From the NCBI RefSeq assembly GCF_009914755.1, contig NC_060932.1: a stretch of 64,000 bases of DNA. One strand, given 5' to 3'. This stretch comes from the human T2T-CHM13v2.0 reference genome, Homo sapiens. Positions 57,623 through 64,000 of this stretch are shown piece after piece. Both the position numbers and the translations under genes were made by a program. The notes beneath the pieces were generated by a model. The model worked only from the letters and a program-made list of their open reading frames with translations. It ran no database searches and was not told where the DNA came from. The first letter of the stretch is position 1, and every line of letters begins with the position of its first letter.

Positions 57623-57980
57623 CCAGACAAAGACGCCAGAGAACAACAGTCCCAACCAAGTGAGATCTTTCATCTCAGTCCCCTCCTTTATTCTGGACCA
57701 GCCAGAGGCAGTGGAGTCAGTGGGCAGGAGGTGGGAAGGGGCGGAAAGCAGTACGTTACCTCCCCTACCACTACTGCAGGGAGAAAATCTTGACACTGCA
57801 AGGGAGTTGGAGTGCTTATATACATCTGACTTGTTATGTTAACACCTGGAAATGAGATTGCTGTATTGCTTAAAATTGGGATCTGTCAGAGATATTATTA
57901 GAGGCAGGGAGGAGAGATTAGAAGGGAGATTAGCTAGAGTGGGTTTGAAGGACTTTCAGGAGAAGAAAAATAAAGATTTT
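57005..57980. mobile_element. possible ancient Gypsy-like LTR relic hosting the composite insertion
   Basis: Purine/G-rich text resembling MamGypLTR/LTR8x families. Recalled similarity only; boundaries approximate. Confidence 0.3.
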
Positions 57981-58687
57981 TCTGATCGGCATAGCTGCGT
58001 TCGCCCATTCAATAAACATTATTTATACAATGAAATGAACTAAAAATAGCCCTTATTAATTAGGAAATGGCAAGGCAGCAGGATTCGTACAGTTCTCTGA
58101 AATAAAATGCCAGGAGTATAATGATAAATAGAAATGCTGAATATCTTTTTAAATATTTCATTGTAAAAGAAGTCTGCCAAAGTTCAGGATAATGGGCTCA
58201 TTATTGCTACTAAAGATGTCATCCAAGCCTCACCTGAGAATCACCTAGACTTCTCTTCCTCATTTTCCACTTAATCAGTCACTAAATTATGTCTCATGAA
58301 AGTAGCTGTCAAATCAGTTTCCTCTTTTCCAATTTATTCCTACAGCCCTAGTTCAAGTACTCACCGTCTGTCACGTGGGCTATTGCAATAGCTTCTTCTG
58401 TAGTCTCCCTGCCTCTGATCATATCCCCTTCTGTCCATCCTTCATATTATAGCCAGAATAATCTAAAATGCAAATTATACCACTCCCTTTCCTGGAATAC
58501 ACCAGTAGCTTCCCATTGATGACAGCACAGCTTCTCAAGCTTTGATCTGGCCCCTGCCCACCTCCCTACTTAATTTTCTACCATTCTTCTCCACCCAGCA
58601 ACACTGATTAATTTCCCAGAGTTTTTTCCTTCCTGTGAAAGTGTTTCTGTTCCTGGAATACCTTTTTCCTGCCTTGTCTGATTTGCC
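57391..58687 (+). repeat. direct repeat, copies 57391-57493 and 58587-58687
   Basis: Both copies read TTCTCCACCCAGCAACACTGA...CTGTGAAAG...TTTCTGTTCCT...TTTCCTGCCTTGTCTGAT(C/T)TGCC. Confidence 0.95.
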
Positions 58688-58700
58688 AACACCTTTGGTT
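58200..58700 (+). mobile_element. L2 LINE fragment
   Basis: CAGCCCTAGTTCAAG...CTATTGCAATAGCTTC...AGCCAGAATAATCTAAAATGCAAA...TGATCTGGCCCCTGCC. Confidence 0.7.
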
Positions 58701-61269
58701 CCCTTTTTGCTATGCCCATCAAAGGATCCTCTAAGGCTCTATTAAACACACAGGCTCACAAGGCTAGACTAGGCCACAGTTGGCATCAACTTATCAGAAG
58801 GTGCCACATAGGAAGCACAGCTTGCCAGCAGGGTATAACCAAGTGAAATCTCAGGGAAAAAGCCCATACGACTATCATGTCCCCAGGGACAGCTCAAGGG
58901 CAAGGAGATGAAATCCACATCTGGGCAGTTCAGTTTCTGCCCTGGCATAGAAGAAGATACCTGCCTCACAGGGCCAATAGATCTTGTAAAAAGTCCATAG
59001 TCACTGCTTCCACAGGTCACTATACTCAGAGAAGCTTGAAGCTATGGCTCCCCATCTGATATTTGTAGTTCACTTATTGTTCTCCCATTCTAAATGCAAC
59101 TTACCAATCAGGGGTCATTCTACCACCGGTAAGGTTGCCTGGCAATATGGTTAATACATACCATCTTATCTGGCTTCCAGGCAGCATTGTTAGCCAGTGA
59201 CCATAGGTTGGATTCTCATTTGTGCGGCAAGAAAAGAGTTTATTAATCCTTCCATCTGTTCCTTTCTCCTCTATGGGACTTCCTTATCACTACACCTTCA
59301 CCTTCAGTTATTTATTCTGTTTTCTTTACAGCCTGTGGATCTTGCACATACTTATATCATTGGCTTCATCCTTGCAAATGGCAATTGTTTGCTATATTAA
59401 AGTACTTTCCAGGACTAGTGTAACGGTGTGGCTTTTTGCAGGATGGGGTGGGAAGATCATAAATAGATGCTCCCCAACTCTGAGGATTTTTGACCATATT
59501 TGGTTGTAACAAAATAACAAGAGTAGATAAAGTCCCCAGACATATTTTGTGGACTTTGTCTTTTCTCATCCACTGGATGTAGACTAACCTATTAGATTTG
59601 GTAATACAGGTATTTTTTTTTAAAAAAATTAGATCTTTCAGAGACTACTAGATAAAATGAAAACATGAGCTAAGTTAAATTAATGCTTTAATAACACTTT
59701 TAATTGAGAAAATGTGACTTTTAAAAATCAGTCCAGCTCATGAATTAAAGATCCTCATTAAACTATAGACCATGGAGGACTTGTAACAGCTCTACATCCA
59801 AGTTCAAGTGATGTCCTCCATCTAGAGCAAATGATGACCTCTGGATTTAATGCATACGTTATTAGCAGTTTGATCCCTTAGATTCAGTCCATGAATTTTA
59901 ATCCTCTTTACAAGATGTTCAAAATGATTGGAAAAGTGGAGCTGAAGGTAAACAGGAGCAGCTGTTCACCAGAAAACCTCTCTACCTGACCCCTGCTGGG
60001 TTAACACAATGGATTCTGAGAGAACATCGTGACTCATTCCCCTCCTGGTATTTATCACAGACTCATACATTTTGCTCTTTCTTATATACTGCTTTAATCC
60101 TGTCCTGATCATGGAACATCATTATGCCCACTTGGAAACTGACTCAGAGGTCAGTGCGATGCAGCGTGGCCGTCCTATTCAGCCTTGTTTGCTTCCTCCC
60201 ACTCCCTATAACTCTGGGGAAGGTTGAATGTCCTGGGAATTTAACAGAAGTGTGAGGCCTGGGCTCTAGTGATATCAGAGTTTCATATTAAAAAGAAAGG
60301 AACTGGAATATAACCTCATTGTTGGAGCGAGGAGAGATAAAGAGGAGATAAAAGATACACAAAAGAAAAGGAAGTGGCAGGTGCTGGCAGAAGGCTGAAA
60401 TGGTGAGTTTCCACTGCAGAGAGAGTGTGAGGAAATATACAAATTGCTAATAGGAAACGGGATTCTCTCACCACTCCATAACACACTGGGCTGAAATGCT
60501 CAAGTGGGAAGAATGACAGCCAAGGCCAACCTGAGCTCCAGTCCTGCCCTGCTGTGCCTAGATTTCACTCATTTCCAGCCCTGGGTGCTCTTGTCTCACA
60601 TATGTGAAAGTGGAGAAAACACAGGAACACTTTGTTTTCTCTGAACTGTCTGGGGAAGAAAATGCTGTACAGTAAATCAGAGAACCAAACCCTGTGTAAA
60701 CTGTGAAGAAGGCTGTACTAAATCTAGAAATGGAAGGTACCCGAGGTGCTGCACTGAAACCACTGTTTCCTTACGGATTTTGACTCTTAAGTGCTTATTG
60801 TATATGAGTGAAAGTCCAAGCAAAAATACTTATTCTACTCTGAGTATGCTGTGGGCAGCAATAATTGATGTATGACAAGAACATGTCATGGTAATGTAAA
60901 CCCAAGTTTGCTTAATGGTAGCATGTCTTCAGAGATGAAGCCATTGAGGTTGTCTAGCCAGATACCTGGAAGAGTCTCCTTGCTTATAATTATGAGGAGG
61001 TATGGAGTTAGGAATTTGTGTATTTGAATATTCTGCTTCAAGTTTTTTATTTAGTTGTTTCCCTACACTGGCTCAAGTGGCAGCAACATAATAGATGATG
61101 CTGAGTAAAACTCCTGGGCATATTTCTTTCTAGAAAAGACTTAAAATTGAAAGGAATAAGTGCATTTATTCACTTGCACATTAGTTCAGTGGATTCTCTC
61201 TGGGGTCCCATGGCAAGACCTGCTTTAAGTTGCAACCATCTTACAACATGGTACCTTTGCTCCATATTA

Positions 61270-61600
61270 ATGACAACTAACACTTATTGAGTGTTAATCC
61301 TTACACATATAGTTTCCCATTTTTTAAATGACCAAACCCCATGTTACAGGTACTTTAATTTCATGAGTTATTTTCATAAATCATTTCATAATTTCATAAA
61401 ATCATTTCATACTTTCATAACTTATGAAATTTCAAAAAAATTTCATAAAATCATTTCATAAATTACTTTCATTTCATAAATGAGAAAACTGAAGGAAGAG
61501 GTTCTGTAATTAGTCCAAGGTCATATACCTGGTAAGTAATAGAGATGGATATTGAAATTCAGTAGTCTGGCTCCAGAGCCTATGTGGTTTAACCACTACC
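61270..61600 (-). mobile_element. MIR SINE with an internal (TTTCATA)-type expansion at 61358-61480
   Basis: CTAACACTTATTGAGTG...ATGAGAAAACTGA...CCAAGGTCATA...AGTCTGGCTCCAGAGCC...TTAACCACTA. Confidence 0.8.
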
Positions 61601-62045
61601 CAAACTGTATCAGGAGCCTGAAAAAAAAATAGGATTTGCACATGTCTTGGAGTGGAGAATGAAGGACAATAACGTACAGTCAAGCATGCGGTGACCTTGC
61701 CTCTTCTGATGAGTGTCAGCTGTGCTTTTCCTACTGCCCTTCCTGATTAGCCTTCATTTGGGCACCATTCGCCTTCTCTTCTCTGTCCTCATGTTGCCCA
61801 CTGCCTTTGTCTCATTCTAGATAGCAATACCCACAGCTGTCTTTTCTTCTCACTCTATTTCCTCCTCCTGGTTGGTATCAATTCCAGGATTAGTAATCAA
61901 AAACTAATATATTTCCAAATACATATCTCTACCTTAACTACCAAACCCATTTCTAGCTGACTTTTGTCTATCAGCACCTGACTGTTCCACAGGCTCCTGA
62001 AACTCAACATGTCTAAAAATGGCTCTACATTTTTGAGTTACATGT

Positions 62046-62379
62046 TGCTATGGTATAAATGTTTATATCTCCCTAAAATTCATTTGTTGAAATCTTTACC
62101 TCTCAGGTAGTGGTATTAGGAGGTGGGGACTCATGGGGTTGAAGCCCTCATAAATGGGATTGGTACTCTTATAAAAGAGGTCCAAGAGAGGCTCCTTGCC
62201 CCTATGCCATGTGAGATTAGAATGAGAAGACCACTGTCTATGAGGGAACAGGGCTTCATCAGACACCAGCTTTACCAGCACCTTGATCTTAGACTCCCCA
62301 GACTCTGGAACTGTAAGAAATGCATTTCTGTTGTTATGTCTATGGTATTTTGTTATAGCAGCTTAAATGGACCAAGACA
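62046..62379 (+). mobile_element. MLT1A-like MaLR LTR
   Basis: TGCTATGG...GGTATTAGGAGGTGGGG...CACCTTGATCTTAGACT...TTGTTATAGCAGC...AAGACA. Confidence 0.85.
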
Positions 62380-62424
62380 CACCTGTAGGCTTTAAATGTT
62401 TATATTTGAAAATAAACGAGAGGA

Positions 62425-62427
62425 AAA

Positions 62428-62466
<39 letters not shown>

Positions 62467-62467
62467 A
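62425..62467 (+). repeat. (AAAT)n microsatellite
   Basis: About 10 perfect AAAT units. Confidence 0.95.
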
Positions 62468-63298
62468 AGACTCCACAGCCTAGTGGATAGGCTCTGTTCC
62501 CGGACTTGCTTCTCTTCCTGTATTCTGAGTCTTAGTTAATGACATCATTTCTGACTTGTAATTCACAATCAGCAATTGCTACTTTGCACTCACCCAAACC
62601 CTGCCCACTTGAGATTAGGGATCATTTTTCTAATCCAGCTGTTTCTTCTACCTCTGCAGCCTTTACTTTATCTTAGGTGTGTGTCACCTGCCTTGTTTGC
62701 CTGCCCTGCCATTAGTTTTTCTCTCTTCTGTTTATTTCTTCCTCTTTATTTACAAGATTTATAATTCTCCAAATTTGACGATCTTAATGCGGTATCTAGA
62801 AATATAGATCAGCTTTCTATCATTCATAATATAAAATCCAAACTCAAGATGGCTGGCAAGCTCTTTCAAACAGAGCTCTTGTCTATCCATACCAATATAA
62901 TATTTTAAAAAATAATAGTAAAATGGTTGTGGCCAGCTTGCTTTACCTGCCTTCCATTTCTCACACTGAAGCAGTCTAAGAGCCAAATTTGCAGAGTCAA
63001 GATGAGAACAGTAGCTTTGAAAGTGCAAATTGAGGCTGAGAAGGAAAGATACAGCTCTTGTTTGGGACATCTTGCTTCTTACCCTCTCCGTGGTCCCTCG
63101 GTCTATCTAATTCCTTACCTCTCTACCAACCTACTCCTCCATCTACTCTCCTCTTGTATTCAGCCTCAAGGGGGTAGTATAGCCACTGATGCTAGAGGAG
63201 AGGCTTACTGGAAGAAAGAATCATCAAGACCTAAATTTAGGGTAGATTATTAAAAACAAAACAAATATAACCAAACCAAACCCAACCAAATTAAAGCA

Positions 63299-63431
63299 GC
63301 AGGGCACAAATGGTACATGCCTGCCTATAATCCCAGCTACTCAGGAGGCTGAGGTGGGAGAATCACTTGAGTCCAAGAGTTTGAGACCAGGCTGGGCAAC
63401 ATAGTGAGACACCATCTCTACAAAAAGTAAA
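63299..63431 (+). mobile_element. Alu monomer (FLAM-like)
   Basis: Single arm: AATCCCAGCTACTCAGGAGGCTGAGG...GAGACCAGGCTGGGCAACATAGTGAGAC. Confidence 0.85.
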
Positions 63432-63486
63432 GATTAAACCTTTCTCACTGCCAAGATACACAGCCTGCTAGTATCTCTGATATATT

Positions 63487-63834
63487 TGTTATGAGTTGAA
63501 ATATGTTTCTCAGAATGTGACTGTATTTGGAGATAGAGTCTTGAAAGAGGTGATTACAATAAAATAAGGTAATTAAGGTGGGCTGTAACCTAAAATCACT
63601 GGTATGTTGTAAGAAGAGGAAATCAGGATATAGACATGTAGAGATGGAAGATCACATGAAGACACAGGGAAGAGACAGCCATCTACAAGCCTCAGAAAAA
63701 AAGAAGCCTCAGAATAAGCCAACCATGCCAACACCTTGATCTTTGACTTCTAGAACAGTGAGAAAATAAGCTTCTGTTGTTTAAACCACCCAGTCTGTGG
63801 TACTTTGTTATGGTAGCCCTAGCAAACTAACACA
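63487..63834 (+). mobile_element. MLT1B-like MaLR LTR
   Basis: GAATGTGACTGTATTTGGAGATAG...CAGCCATCTACAAGCC...GCCCTAGCAAACTAACACA. Confidence 0.85.
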
Positions 63835-63858
63835 ATGCTACTATAAGAAATAATAATA

Positions 63859-64000
63859 GGCTGGGCGCAGTGCTCATGCCTGTAATCCCAATACTTGGGG
63901 AGGGTGAGGTGGGAGAATTGTTTGAACCCAGGGGTTTAAGACCAGCCTGGGCAATGTAGTGAGACCTCACCTCTACAGAAAAAAAAAAAAGAAAGAAAAT
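63859..64000 (+). mobile_element. Alu monomer (FLAM_C) or AluJ left arm, at window edge
   Basis: GGCTGGGCGCAGTGCTCATGCCTGTAATCCCA...AGACCAGCCTGGGCAA followed by an A-rich run. Confidence 0.85.

Noticed and set aside
56921-57842. Opposing ORFs sharing the peptide YSSGHSASSPxNFKV
   Set aside because: A by-product of the DNA inverted repeat, not evidence of paralogous proteins.

Overview
AT-rich, CpG-depleted primate (human-like) non-coding DNA, either intergenic or deep intronic. No protein-coding exon of a recognisable gene is visible, and all long ORFs derive from repeats or are chance. Content: a near full-length but disabled L1PA element (1-5862); a complete THE1B MaLR provirus inserted in an old L1; a cluster of four ERV1-class solo LTRs arranged as two tail-to-tail pairs (MER4-group, LTR1-family); an LTR22 (HML-5) solo LTR; THE1D/MLT1 LTRs; Alus and FLAMs; MER45, MER5 and MER3 DNA transposons; many MIR and L2 relics. 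Beyond the repeat catalogue, the most notable signal is a set of local templated-insertion or template-switch scars. The clearest is a ~232-bp composite insertion at 57391-57622, built from a direct copy of DNA 1.2 kb downstream plus an inverted copy of DNA 0.4 kb upstream, which creates a ~115-bp stem. There are also candidate lncRNA exons and enhancer-like motif clusters. Repeat subfamily names come from recalled consensus sequences, not from a database search. I see no evidence for a new multi-gene system.
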